A stretch of DNA of 45,453 bases from an uncultured archaeon (GTDB lineage Archaea > Aenigmatarchaeota > Aenigmatarchaeia > QMZP01 > QMZT01): assembly GCA_965552715.1 (NCBI GenBank), contig CBEVTC010000001.1, forward strand, positions 1-45,453. Direction: 5' to 3'. Made by a program: the position numbers and the translations under genes. Under the pieces are notes generated by a model, which saw nothing but the letters and a program-made list of their open reading frames with translations, searched no databases and was not told the origin of the DNA. Numbering within the stretch: the stretch's first letter is position 1; every line of letters begins with the position of its first letter. Of the stretch, positions 18,595 to 27,810 are shown one piece after another.

Positions 18595-19431
18595 ATGTTC
18601 GAATTCGTTCTCCTTGCAATCGGCCTTGTTGGATTTGGTCTTGCGGGATACTGGGATCTAAGATACACGGAATTCCCTGACTGGCTTCCATACTCAATGA
18701 TAATCCTCGCCCTGGTTGTAAAGGGGGTGTTCTCCTACATTGAAAATAACTGGTGGGTCCTCGGGAATTCTGTATTTATCGGTGTGGTCTTTCTTTCTTT
18801 GGGTTTGCTGCTGTATTTCTCGAAACAATGGGGCGATGGTGATGCCTGGTTGTTGGGAGCATTAGGATTTCTGTTCCCCATCCAGCTGGATTTGGGAGCG
18901 ATAACTTTCTTCCCCTTCCCCCTAACGCTTCTTTTCAATTTCCTGTTTGTTTCCCTTGTCTATCTTATCATATATTCGATCGCATTGGGGATAAAAAACA
19001 GGGGCGTGAATAAGAAATATCTCGAATACCTGAGGAAAGAGAAGTATAAGTTCATGGGGTTTGGCGTTTTTTTCTTCGCTGTTTCATGGGGTTTCGCATT
19101 GGTTATGTATTTCTGGTTTTCCTTTGGAATCGATAATATAATGCAAATGCTCATGCTCCCGTTCCTTCTCACGTTCATACTCTTCTTCTCTTATTACGCG
19201 AAAATGGTGGAGAAAAACCTTTTCAAGAAGAGGATAAAGACTTCTCAACTGAAAGAGGGCGACGTTATTCTCGATGGTAGGTGGAGAGGTCTCACCAAAA
19301 ACGAGATAAAGGAGATGAAGAGAAAAAACAAATACGTGTGGGTAAAGGAGGGTGTTAGATTCGCTCCCGTGTTCGTTATCACAATGTTAATAAGCATTTT
19401 TTATGGAGATTTGATATTAATACTCATTTAA
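18595..19431 (+). CDS. A24-family prepilin/preflagellin peptidase (FlaK/PibD-like) with a C-terminal extension
   Basis: Polytopic membrane protein with catalytic Asp contexts GYWDLRY and QWGDGDAWLLGALG (GxGD). Start moved to the ATG at 18595 because the longer ORF overlaps the tRNA. Confidence 0.7.
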   Translation: MFEFVLLAIGLVGFGLAGYWDLRYTEFPDWLPYSMIILALVVKGVFSYIENNWWVLGNSVFIGVVFLSLGLLLYFSKQWGDGDAWLLGALGFLFPIQLDLGAITFFPFPLTLLFNFLFVSLVYLIIYSIALGIKNRGVNKKYLEYLRKEKYKFMGFGVFFFAVSWGFALVMYFWFSFGIDNIMQMLMLPFLLTFILFFSYYAKMVEKNLFKKRIKTSQLKEGDVILDGRWRGLTKNEIKEMKRKNKYVWVKEGVRFAPVFVITMLISIFYGDLILILI

Positions 19432-19466
19432 AATCATTATTTTAGAAAATAAACAGATTTAAAGTC

Positions 19467-19522
19467 TTTTGGAACAATAAAAATATGTTTTAATGTTTTT
19501 TGGAACGATAAAAAATGTTTTA
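19467..19522 (+). repeat. Tandem imperfect ~26-nt direct repeat upstream of the S-layer gene
   Basis: TTTTGGAACAATAAAAATATGTTTTA (19467-19492) and TTTTTGGAACGATAAAAAATGTTTTA (19496-19521). Confidence 0.6.
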
Positions 19523-19662
19523 TAATTTTTTTTACATATACACGTGACTGTTTCACATAAATTATATATACCCCCACCGGCATAACTATTCATTAAGCAT
19601 CAAGTCCTTACCGCCGAAAAAATCAGGGCTTGACATATATAAATATAAATGGGAGGTAAAAT

Positions 19663-22023
19663 ATGAAAATTAAGAGACTAATTGTCGGTAGTGCAGCAGC
19701 ACTAGCAACAGGAGCAGCACTTTTAGTAGGTGGCTTGGCAGCAACAACATTCAGTGACGGAATGGGAACGGCCTTCTTTGAAAAAACGGACTCCACTTAC
19801 AAGTCTCCATTAATAGTGATAGGAGACACAGCAGGCATAGTGGACGTTGTTGGAGCAACAGACATAGCAGCAAGTTTTGTTTCAAACTATGCTGTTGATG
19901 AAAGAACCGTTCCGGCAGCAGGGGCAGAAACAAGTGCCACGAACGGCGTTCTCGTAGATAGCGACTTGAACAAGACCTATATCGGACAGGGGTTGAATCT
20001 AGTGAAATCGGTGATAACGGAAAACGATCTTCCGGACCTTTTGAAATCGAAGACTTTCACTGACATGAACGCGACAACATCAACCTACACCCAGAAAATA
20101 ATTCCAGGAGGTGTTTCGGCTACTTTCAACGTACCGAGCGGGGAAACAGTACCTTCTTTGAACGTCCCCGTGAGCACGACCATTACACCCTACAACCTTA
20201 CGATAACATTCATAGGTGGTCTTGACCCGACAGCAGTTGACACAACATACAAGCTAACGATGTTCGGGAAGGATTACACGTTTGGAAACGTGCACACGAA
20301 CACGACGCTGGAATTCTATTCCTCTGCAGGTGCTCAGATAGTGGATCTTAGCGGAGCAGGAGATGAGGAATCAGTTGAGGTTGGCACCCAGACATTCACG
20401 ATTAAGTTGAATGGTTGGGATACTGGCGGAACAAAGGCGTACATGGCGGTTAACGGCGAATCATACACATGGAATGAATTGGGTACGTACACCGTCTCGG
20501 GTGTGAAGTTCTACGTTCAGTCGGTGGATGTCATATACACAGGCGCTCAGGAAGCAACAGGAATGGTAAAGATATTCGTTGGTACGGACAAGCTTTCCCT
20601 GGTTAACGGACAGCAGATCCAGAAAAACGATGTTACCAAGAACACGTATGTGTACATAAGTTCTCCGTCAGCAAACAAGATAAACTCGATAACATTCGAG
20701 GTTTACCCTGATGACGACTTGGTTGTGAACTATAACCCAGATGCGGACCCAGAGACTGTAGCAATGGCGGACCCCGTCTTCGGTTCATTCAAAACCGTTC
20801 TCAAAGACATGACACCTGGAATGACCGATGACTCAAGGGATCTTGTAAAGGTAGCCTCTACTTCCTCAAACGTGAGGCTGACCTTCACGAACAAGGACGG
20901 GATGGAGTACACGAACATACCAGTGTTCTACGCTAACTCCACGGGTTTCTTCAAGCAGACAAACAACATATACAAGTTCTGGACACAGGAATGCAACACT
21001 TCGGTAGATACGAACAACATCACCAAGGGCGATTACTTCGTGGTTTCAAGCGCGGATTACTCTTACATCCTGAAGTATACGTCCTACAACTACGACGTTG
21101 CCGATCCGTCAAAGACATACGTGACCCTAACCGATCTTTCCACCAGCACCGCTTACAAGGTTTACCCGAACGTTGGTGAGAAGTTGACGATCGGTTCGTT
21201 GGAGTTCCCGATTAAGTGGAACGGCAACGCGATCAAGACAATTTGCGTCAGCCTTAACGGAGATGCAGACTACGAACTGGATCAGGTGAACATAACGACC
21301 GGAGGCAACGCAAAAATAGACTTGACGAATACAGGTGACGTGTTGGTAACCGAAGATGACCTTTACACCATTACTGACAGCAACGATCCAGCTGGTGTCA
21401 CGATGAACGTTTCAGGGAGTTACAGTACAACGGCAGGCGTCAGGTTCACCGTGAGCCCGAATCCGCTTCAGGTTGGTACGGAAAACACATGGAAATACGT
21501 GACGAACTACGGTAGCTACATATACACGATTGGTGACAACAACGGTAAGAACAACGTAGAGATATACAACCCAGGACAAAGGCCGGCACCAGCAAACATC
21601 GCTATCGGTACCAACCCGGTTATAACAACGGTAGCTGGAGCTGGTGGTGGAACGTACAACGCAGCCATTCCAATCACGAACCCGATAACAAAGTTCGCGA
21701 GCGAAATAACGGCGGATTCCACATTAGACAAGAACATCGTACTTGTGGGCGGTCCGTGTGTGAACACCATAGTGAAGACTTTGCTCAATGAGGATTGGAA
21801 CGTAACAGATTCCTGCAGCCATTGGCTCAACGACCACGAAGACCTTAAGGGCACCGGAAACGGCTTGATAAAGATCGTAGAGGACGTTTTCGGATCAGGC
21901 AAGAAAGCGCTGATAGTTGCTGGAACATCGGGGTCTGACACGAGGAACTTGATAGCCAACAAGGTCATTAAGCCGACAGTGTACACAGGGTTGTCAGGAT
22001 CTGAATACGCAGGAGCTGTCTAA
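19663..22023 (+). CDS. S-layer/surface protein with an N-terminal signal sequence
   Basis: Signal-like MKIKRLIVGSAAALATGAALLVGGLAA. Thr/Asn-rich with many N-x-S/T sites. C-terminal IVLVGGPCVN motif as in euryarchaeal S-layer proteins. Strong GGAGGT Shine-Dalgarno sequence and a long leader. Confidence 0.7.
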   Translation: MKIKRLIVGSAAALATGAALLVGGLAATTFSDGMGTAFFEKTDSTYKSPLIVIGDTAGIVDVVGATDIAASFVSNYAVDERTVPAAGAETSATNGVLVDSDLNKTYIGQGLNLVKSVITENDLPDLLKSKTFTDMNATTSTYTQKIIPGGVSATFNVPSGETVPSLNVPVSTTITPYNLTITFIGGLDPTAVDTTYKLTMFGKDYTFGNVHTNTTLEFYSSAGAQIVDLSGAGDEESVEVGTQTFTIKLNGWDTGGTKAYMAVNGESYTWNELGTYTVSGVKFYVQSVDVIYTGAQEATGMVKIFVGTDKLSLVNGQQIQKNDVTKNTYVYISSPSANKINSITFEVYPDDDLVVNYNPDADPETVAMADPVFGSFKTVLKDMTPGMTDDSRDLVKVASTSSNVRLTFTNKDGMEYTNIPVFYANSTGFFKQTNNIYKFWTQECNTSVDTNNITKGDYFVVSSADYSYILKYTSYNYDVADPSKTYVTLTDLSTSTAYKVYPNVGEKLTIGSLEFPIKWNGNAIKTICVSLNGDADYELDQVNITTGGNAKIDLTNTGDVLVTEDDLYTITDSNDPAGVTMNVSGSYSTTAGVRFTVSPNPLQVGTENTWKYVTNYGSYIYTIGDNNGKNNVEIYNPGQRPAPANIAIGTNPVITTVAGAGGGTYNAAIPITNPITKFASEITADSTLDKNIVLVGGPCVNTIVKTLLNEDWNVTDSCSHWLNDHEDLKGTGNGLIKIVEDVFGSGKKALIVAGTSGSDTRNLIANKVIKPTVYTGLSGSEYAGAV

Positions 22024-22051
22024 ACCACCGGAACAAAAATCCAAAAACCCC

Positions 22052-22068
22052 TTTTTCTTTTTTATTTT
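22052..22068 (+). terminator. Oligo-T tract after the S-layer gene
   Basis: CTTTTTCTTTTTTATTTT lies 29 nt after the stop, which is the archaeal intrinsic-terminator style. Confidence 0.5.
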
Positions 22069-22114
22069 AACCCTTTACAGACGTGAGTCTAGAGAACGTA
22101 TTATTTTCGAAAAT

Positions 22115-22777
22115 TCATTCGCAGAATGATAACTGATTATTCACACCGCAGAATATTTCTATCAGTTCTTCCTTGTTCCTGAATCCTTCATATTTTTCTC
22201 CGCTCACGACAATCGCAGGTGCTTCATAGATGCCGTAATGCTTGACTATCAGCTGTATAACAGGCTCGCCCAGATCCTTGTCTATAGCGAAAATGTGAAG
22301 ATTCTCTTTCTCTTCATTTTCAACCAGATAATCAAGAACGTAACCCTGAGATTTGGAGATATCCGAATCCATTTCGAAAAAGTACAAGACATTCACCCTG
22401 TTTGTCTCGCATCTTTCTGCCAGTTCTTTGGAAAAAAGCCAGTCCTCGATAAGGGAGATCGAATATCTCCTTTTGAGGATGTCGAAGTATTTTTCATTTA
22501 TGCCTTCGGGGTTGACGATCTTGTTTCCGAGTTCCCACGCTTTCTTATCTATATACCTAATCCTTTCGGTAAGATAGGGACAGATTGTATCGTTCCCTAG
22601 CATGTCGAGAAATATTAGTTCAAGCTGTATGTTGCGCAATTCCAGCTCGTTCTTATCCATTTCCCATTTAAGCTCCTCCAGCTGGATGTCAAGCATAGTG
22701 AAACCCAAAAGAAATCCTATCAGGAATATCGCCAAAGAAACAACTCCTGCGACAAAATAAGGTTTATTCTTCACCAT
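22115..22777 (-). CDS. Hypothetical membrane-anchored protein (N-terminal TM helix, coiled coil, possible thioredoxin-like C-terminal fold)
   Basis: 220-aa ORF overlapping the stop of the upstream GT2 gene by 7 nt. No firm family assignment. Confidence 0.4.
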   Translation of the reverse strand: MVKNKPYFVAGVVSLAIFLIGFLLGFTMLDIQLEELKWEMDKNELELRNIQLELIFLDMLGNDTICPYLTERIRYIDKKAWELGNKIVNPEGINEKYFDILKRRYSISLIEDWLFSKELAERCETNRVNVLYFFEMDSDISKSQGYVLDYLVENEEKENLHIFAIDKDLGEPVIQLIVKHYGIYEAPAIVVSGEKYEGFRNKEELIEIFCGVNNQLSFCE

Positions 22778-24006
22778 TTGTATTCACTTCTCCTGATCTC
22801 ATAATAGAAAACGCACAGCCATATCATTACGTTAATCAATGGATAAAGGGGTATGTACACTACGTATTCCAGTTTATTGATGTTTTCCTTTATCTGCCTG
22901 CTCCCCAGTTTTATCAGAAGTGCAAGCGCTATCAAAGTAACAACGAAAAGACTCACGTTGAAGTAATTTAAATTAAAATTACCGAGGTGTGTCAGTATAT
23001 ATGGAATATCAAAGCCTATATGGTAATAGCTGAATAAGGTGCTGTAAACGGCGTTAATTAAATTGTAAAGACCGTAAAGCAGGACGGGGATTGTGAGGAG
23101 TACGAGAATGTATTGGGACGGGAGCACGAACCATCCCAGATGGCTGAACTTCCTTCCAAAAAACAAACTGGTGTATTTTTTCGAATTGTAAATAAAACCC
23201 CTTGTCCACCTTATCCTCTGGGACCAGAAATTTGAGAATGATTCGGGGGTATTCGTCTTTACCACGGCATTCAAGGACGTCTCTATCTTGTAACCTTTGC
23301 TTTGCAAATGCATGCCCATTTCAAGGTCTTCCGTGAAGTTGTTTTCATCCCAGCCCCCGAGCTGTTTTACCACGCTTGTCCTGTAAAGCGCAAATGCCGG
23401 GGTCATGTACAGCGCCCCGAGGAAAGTGAGCAGTTTCCTGACCAACGCCGTGAAGGTGTATTCCACCTTCTGGAGTTTCTGGGGAAAGGTTTCCGAATAC
23501 ATGGGTTTTATTGTGGCTATAACGCTTCCTGTATTTTTTTTGTTGAAGTATGTTATGGAGTTCATTAAGGAGTTGTTTTCCAGAATGGAATCACCGTCAA
23601 TGAATCCCACAAGATCGGTTTTCACGTGTCTGAGAGCGGTATTCAAGACAGCAGCCTTCCTCCTGTTTTCCTTGTGCCTTAAAACCTTGATGTTTTTGTA
23701 TTTTTTAGCATAGGATTCCGCTATCTTTGCGGTGTTATCAGTAGAGGCGTCGTCAACCACTATTATCTCTAGCTTGTTTTTAGGGTAACCCTGATCCAGA
23801 AGGGATTCTATGGTTTTTCCAAGTGTCTTCTCCTCGTTGTAAGCTGGTATTATCATCGTAAGGGTGGGGGCTTTACTGGGTTTTTCAGGATCCTTTTCCA
23901 TTTCCTCTTTCTTCTCAAAGAATACCATGAACCAGAATACCGAGATAAATAGAGTTACGTATATCAAAATATAGTACAGGATGTCGAAAAAAATATACTG
24001 AGGCAT
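22771..24006 (-). CDS. Processive membrane GT2 glycosyltransferase (cellulose/chitin/PNAG-synthase-like)
   Basis: IIPAYNEE, VVDDASTDNT, IDGDS, TEDLEMG and QRIRWTRG (QxxRW), plus flanking TM helices. Start taken at the internal Met (24006), because the longer ORF would overlap the divergent gene. Confidence 0.75.
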   Translation of the reverse strand: MPQYIFFDILYYILIYVTLFISVFWFMVFFEKKEEMEKDPEKPSKAPTLTMIIPAYNEEKTLGKTIESLLDQGYPKNKLEIIVVDDASTDNTAKIAESYAKKYKNIKVLRHKENRRKAAVLNTALRHVKTDLVGFIDGDSILENNSLMNSITYFNKKNTGSVIATIKPMYSETFPQKLQKVEYTFTALVRKLLTFLGALYMTPAFALYRTSVVKQLGGWDENNFTEDLEMGMHLQSKGYKIETSLNAVVKTNTPESFSNFWSQRIRWTRGFIYNSKKYTSLFFGRKFSHLGWFVLPSQYILVLLTIPVLLYGLYNLINAVYSTLFSYYHIGFDIPYILTHLGNFNLNYFNVSLFVVTLIALALLIKLGSRQIKENINKLEYVVYIPLYPLINVMIWLCVFYYEIRRSEYKW

Positions 24007-24085
24007 AATTATATCTTTAATTTTGTTTATTAAATCTTTAGAGTACGAAATTTGATTATAAATATATTCCGAAAATAATCTTATT

Positions 24086-25609
24086 ATGAAAAAATTGGTT
24101 TTTCTGCTTCTTATAATTGTGGTTTTTTTGACATTCTTGATTCTCCCTACCATCACCGAAATCGGTGGGTTTGATGCCGACCCTTACGGGAAAAATTACG
24201 ATTTTGAATTCGTGTTGAAAGCGACCGGTTCGGACAAGGAGACTTTCATCGGAAACCTCACGAGTTTGCTGAAAACGAACATAAGCGATTTTGCAAAGGG
24301 GGATATCCTCCTGATTCTTGGAAGGATTGAGAGGAACGAAACGAAAATATGCAAATCCTTCGAATACTATAAGAATTCCCTTTCAGATGATCAGGAGAAA
24401 AACGCGGTTATATACGAAACTCTCGCTTCCCTGGGCTGCGGGAAGGGTAAGAAAGGTTATCTGCTGAATGCCTCGAGTATCTGGAAATCCATGGGGAACG
24501 AATTCCGTTCGAAACTAGACGAGTCCCTCGCTTTGGAAGAGGAGATCGATTTCGAAATGGATACGAGTGAACTGCCTGAATTCAATCTCGAGGTTCCCGA
24601 GAACGCCACAAAATTTGTCATAGGGAATTCGATAATCAGACTGGGAAAAGACGATATTCTGGTTTCCCAGGCCGACAGGGTTGTGAGGGACTGGCTGAGC
24701 TATCAGATTTACGATATCCGGAGTGAAGATTTGCTCACGACGTTTTCAGAGAGGCTGACATACGATAAGAATGAACTTCTTCCTGAAATAGGATGGCATG
24801 AAGGCGCGAGAATCTCTGAGATGAGGAATACGGGCCTCAAACACTTAACATCGTATGGAACGATCGCTAAGAAGTTCGAAGGTAAATGGTATGCGCCCGA
24901 TGAAAGGGGGGTTTTCAGGTTCGAGGTTCCGATAGATAAGATCCTTTACCCGACCACGCGTTTCCTCAGGAATGATATAGCCGTGATAATCGATACGCAC
25001 GGCATAAACACGCTGGTGGAACAGGCAATAAGGCTAAATGCAAGCGTGGTTGTCGGTTGTTGCGATCATCCTGGTAAAATAAAGGCAGCCCTGTATCTAA
25101 ATGAAATGGGAATAAAATCGATATGCCTCACTGACAAATACCTGCCGCTTGCCCTGGGGAGCGGAGCGAATATTCTCGGATCCCCGCCGATAAGGAAGGA
25201 CGGGGAACGCGTGATTCTCGGAAATAGACCGTTAGAGTTCGGGATGAACGAAACGTTCGTTGTAATGGATGTTTCAGGCGAGAAGTTCGGTCTGAATTAT
25301 TACGAAACCCCGAAAATCTATTTCAGGCAGCTTGAAGGGTTTCTTAACATTGATGTGCATTATGCCTTGATATATGATTTCGGTCAGATGGAGAATGTTA
25401 TAAACCTCTCCGAAACATACGAAGCGAACACGATAGCCGTCAGGGTTTTCAATTCGGATGATTACAGGAAAGTAAAAGGATGGTTGGAAGAAGATGAGAA
25501 TCGCAAGGCGATACTTTTCCATTCGGTTTCGTATCCCTATGGTTACAAGTTGTTGGAAGAATTCCCGGAGCAAACCACTTTTGATGACATCAAGCCTGAG
25601 TTTTCCTAA
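24086..25609 (+). CDS. Hypothetical secreted or membrane-anchored protein
   Basis: 507 aa with an N-terminal hydrophobic anchor (MKKLVFLLLIIVVFLTFLILP). No recognised domain. Divergent from the GT2 synthase. Confidence 0.5.
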   Translation: MKKLVFLLLIIVVFLTFLILPTITEIGGFDADPYGKNYDFEFVLKATGSDKETFIGNLTSLLKTNISDFAKGDILLILGRIERNETKICKSFEYYKNSLSDDQEKNAVIYETLASLGCGKGKKGYLLNASSIWKSMGNEFRSKLDESLALEEEIDFEMDTSELPEFNLEVPENATKFVIGNSIIRLGKDDILVSQADRVVRDWLSYQIYDIRSEDLLTTFSERLTYDKNELLPEIGWHEGARISEMRNTGLKHLTSYGTIAKKFEGKWYAPDERGVFRFEVPIDKILYPTTRFLRNDIAVIIDTHGINTLVEQAIRLNASVVVGCCDHPGKIKAALYLNEMGIKSICLTDKYLPLALGSGANILGSPPIRKDGERVILGNRPLEFGMNETFVVMDVSGEKFGLNYYETPKIYFRQLEGFLNIDVHYALIYDFGQMENVINLSETYEANTIAVRVFNSDDYRKVKGWLEEDENRKAILFHSVSYPYGYKLLEEFPEQTTFDDIKPEFS

Positions 25610-26710
25610 TTATCTGTTTACCTTATACCAATACAATTTTACCAGATGTTTCAGATAATTCATGTCCTCTTTTGGGCCCAGTTTACTCTTCCCAGCCCTC
25701 CGATTAACAAACGTGTACGGAATTTCCCTTATTTTAGAATACTCTCCCTTTACAAAAATTTCCAGTCCTATTTTGTATCCATGAGGTTTCAGAACCTTAT
25801 TTTTTATAATATCCCTTTTGAAAAAGAAAAATCCAGACAGCGGATCTTTTACAGTAGTAAGGAGTTTTGCCAAGAGTCTCGCACCCCTCGAGATGATTTT
25901 TCTCTTGAAAGGCCATTCCTTTATTCTCCCTCCTTTCACGTACCTGCTCCCTACCGTGAGATCTGCCTGATTCGAAATTATTGGTTTAACAAGATCTGGG
26001 ATCAGTTCTGGGGGGTGGGATAGGTCGGAATCCATCACTCCGATTATTTCCCCCTCTGCCTCTTTAATACCCTCAACAACGGCAGATGAAAGACCAAGTT
26101 TCATTTTCCTGTGAATTACCTTCATTCTATATTTTGCCTTCATTTTTTCAGCTATTTCTCCCGTTCCATCCTGGGAGTTGTCATCCACCACCACAACCTC
26201 GCTTCTTATCCCGCTCTTTTTAAAAACCCCGAAAATCTCAGGGATCAGCACCCCTATGTTTTCCTTCTCGTTATACGTCGGGATCACTATTGAAACAAGC
26301 GGGTTCTTATGAACCCTGGGGGTTTTTATGTGTTTTTCGTACCTCCATGTCTTTTTGAGGTTGATGAAATAATTCCAGTTGAAAACAACAAGGGCTGCAA
26401 GTATGTTGGAAATCAGATAATGTGTCCCTAAAAATTCGGTGAACGCGAAGAGGAGGATTATGTTCATCGCCATCCCTGCAAGAGAAATCACATTGTATTT
26501 CAAAAGTCTTTCGAACCACCTCCCTTTCTTTTCCCTGTCTATGAAAGTCCATCTCTCGTGCATGAAGAAGGTGAGTACCACGCAAAACTCTACCGCTATA
26601 ATGCCTGAAAAAACGTAGAAAATCCCGAAGAATTCTGTAAAAAAATACAACAGGATCTCTCCTGTTATAAGACCCGTAAGACCAACAAGAGCGAATTTCC
26701 CTATCCTCAT
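25610..26710 (-). CDS. GtrA-like membrane domain fused to a dolichyl-phosphate sugar (mannose/glucose) synthase GT2 domain
   Basis: The N-terminal 4-TM GtrA-like region ends in HERWTF. The GT2 domain then carries VSIVIPTYNEKENI, VVVDDNSQDGT and MDSDLSHPPE. Confidence 0.7.
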   Translation of the reverse strand: MRIGKFALVGLTGLITGEILLYFFTEFFGIFYVFSGIIAVEFCVVLTFFMHERWTFIDREKKGRWFERLLKYNVISLAGMAMNIILLFAFTEFLGTHYLISNILAALVVFNWNYFINLKKTWRYEKHIKTPRVHKNPLVSIVIPTYNEKENIGVLIPEIFGVFKKSGIRSEVVVVDDNSQDGTGEIAEKMKAKYRMKVIHRKMKLGLSSAVVEGIKEAEGEIIGVMDSDLSHPPELIPDLVKPIISNQADLTVGSRYVKGGRIKEWPFKRKIISRGARLLAKLLTTVKDPLSGFFFFKRDIIKNKVLKPHGYKIGLEIFVKGEYSKIREIPYTFVNRRAGKSKLGPKEDMNYLKHLVKLYWYKVNR

Positions 26711-27799
26711 TTAACCACTTCTCCTACCTGATACCTCGTTCACGAGGACGGTTGCATACGACCCCCTTGGGATTTCGAATTCCAAGATGCATTTTAGCTT
26801 GTTCTCATTCATTTCATCATTCCCGAATCTCCATTTCATTCTTTTCGCTTTCACTACCCTCTCCCTTTCTACTCCCTCACTCGAAAGCTCCGGCATGGAT
26901 TTTATTTTGAAGTTGGATTTTCGTATGTTCTCCTTTTTAAGGATTTTTTCTATTTGTTTCTTTATTTTATATTTGGAAAAATCCGTCTGAAAACCTATTA
27001 TTGGAATGCAAAGTTCTTTCGAAACCCTCGCTATCTCATTCCACAGATATGATTGGTAGGCGTGAACGAACATCCTCCTGAACTTCTTTGGTATTTTTCT
27101 TAACGCCCCTGCATAATCATTCGGGTTTTTAACCAAATGATTGAGTAGAGCGAGCTCGTTACGAAGTAATCCCGGGCATTCTTTTAAACCGAGTTTCAAA
27201 TCCTTTGTCTTCCTCAGATTTTCCCTAAACCTCCTCATTTCCTCTTTCTCATCCCCTTCATGAGTTAGGTATGTCCAAACTGCTTCTTTCAAATTGTTTT
27301 TAAGGATTTCCTTCCCTACTAAATGCGTGTTGTTTCGGATTCCGAACCTCTGCTCACCGAAATAATTCACGAACCCGTTCTTTTTCACAATCTCCAGGTT
27401 TTTTTCCATTCTGTTTTTTTCCTTCTCCCCTATATCTCTTATTACAATCTCGAAGGAGTTCGCTTTCAGATCCCCGAGGTTTATCCGCTCCCCTTTATTC
27501 TCAAATCTCGAAAGCTCGATATCTTTAATCCTTATCTCCTTCAGTCTTTCAACAGGTACACTCCAGGCTGAAACTCTCTGGTACGTGATCGCCCGCTTGT
27601 CCTTAACGCCAGCGTATCCGAATCTCTTAATCGAAACGCCCAGTTTTTTGGATATTAGTTTCAGAGCACGGAAAAGATCCCAGTTCGTTTTCTTGAGCGT
27701 GAACCATATGTAAAATCCCTTCTCCTCTTTCCCTTTCGTTTGCTTTTCAAAAATCTCCCTGACTACGAAATCCTCCGGGATTTGCTTTATCTTCGGCAT
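26711..27799 (-). CDS. truD: tRNA pseudouridine synthase TruD/Pus7 family
   Basis: IPEDFVVREI, GYAGVKDKRAITYQ and NYFGEQRFG. Confidence 0.85.
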   Translation of the reverse strand: MPKIKQIPEDFVVREIFEKQTKGKEEKGFYIWFTLKKTNWDLFRALKLISKKLGVSIKRFGYAGVKDKRAITYQRVSAWSVPVERLKEIRIKDIELSRFENKGERINLGDLKANSFEIVIRDIGEKEKNRMEKNLEIVKKNGFVNYFGEQRFGIRNNTHLVGKEILKNNLKEAVWTYLTHEGDEKEEMRRFRENLRKTKDLKLGLKECPGLLRNELALLNHLVKNPNDYAGALRKIPKKFRRMFVHAYQSYLWNEIARVSKELCIPIIGFQTDFSKYKIKKQIEKILKKENIRKSNFKIKSMPELSSEGVERERVVKAKRMKWRFGNDEMNENKLKCILEFEIPRGSYATVLVNEVSGRRSG

Positions 27800-27810
27800 A
27801 AACAGTTTTT

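Noticed and set aside
20712-20722. A third exact copy of the 11-mer TGACGACTTGG, inside the S-layer coding sequence
   Set aside because: No complementary arm (CAAGTCGTC-like) follows, and it sits in frame as DDDLV codons. Most likely chance, not a member of the hairpin family.
24007-24156. A 50-aa N-terminal extension of the GT2 synthase ORF
   Set aside because: It would overlap the divergent gene starting at 24086 and consume the AT-rich promoter gap. The internal Met followed by a TM helix is a more plausible start.
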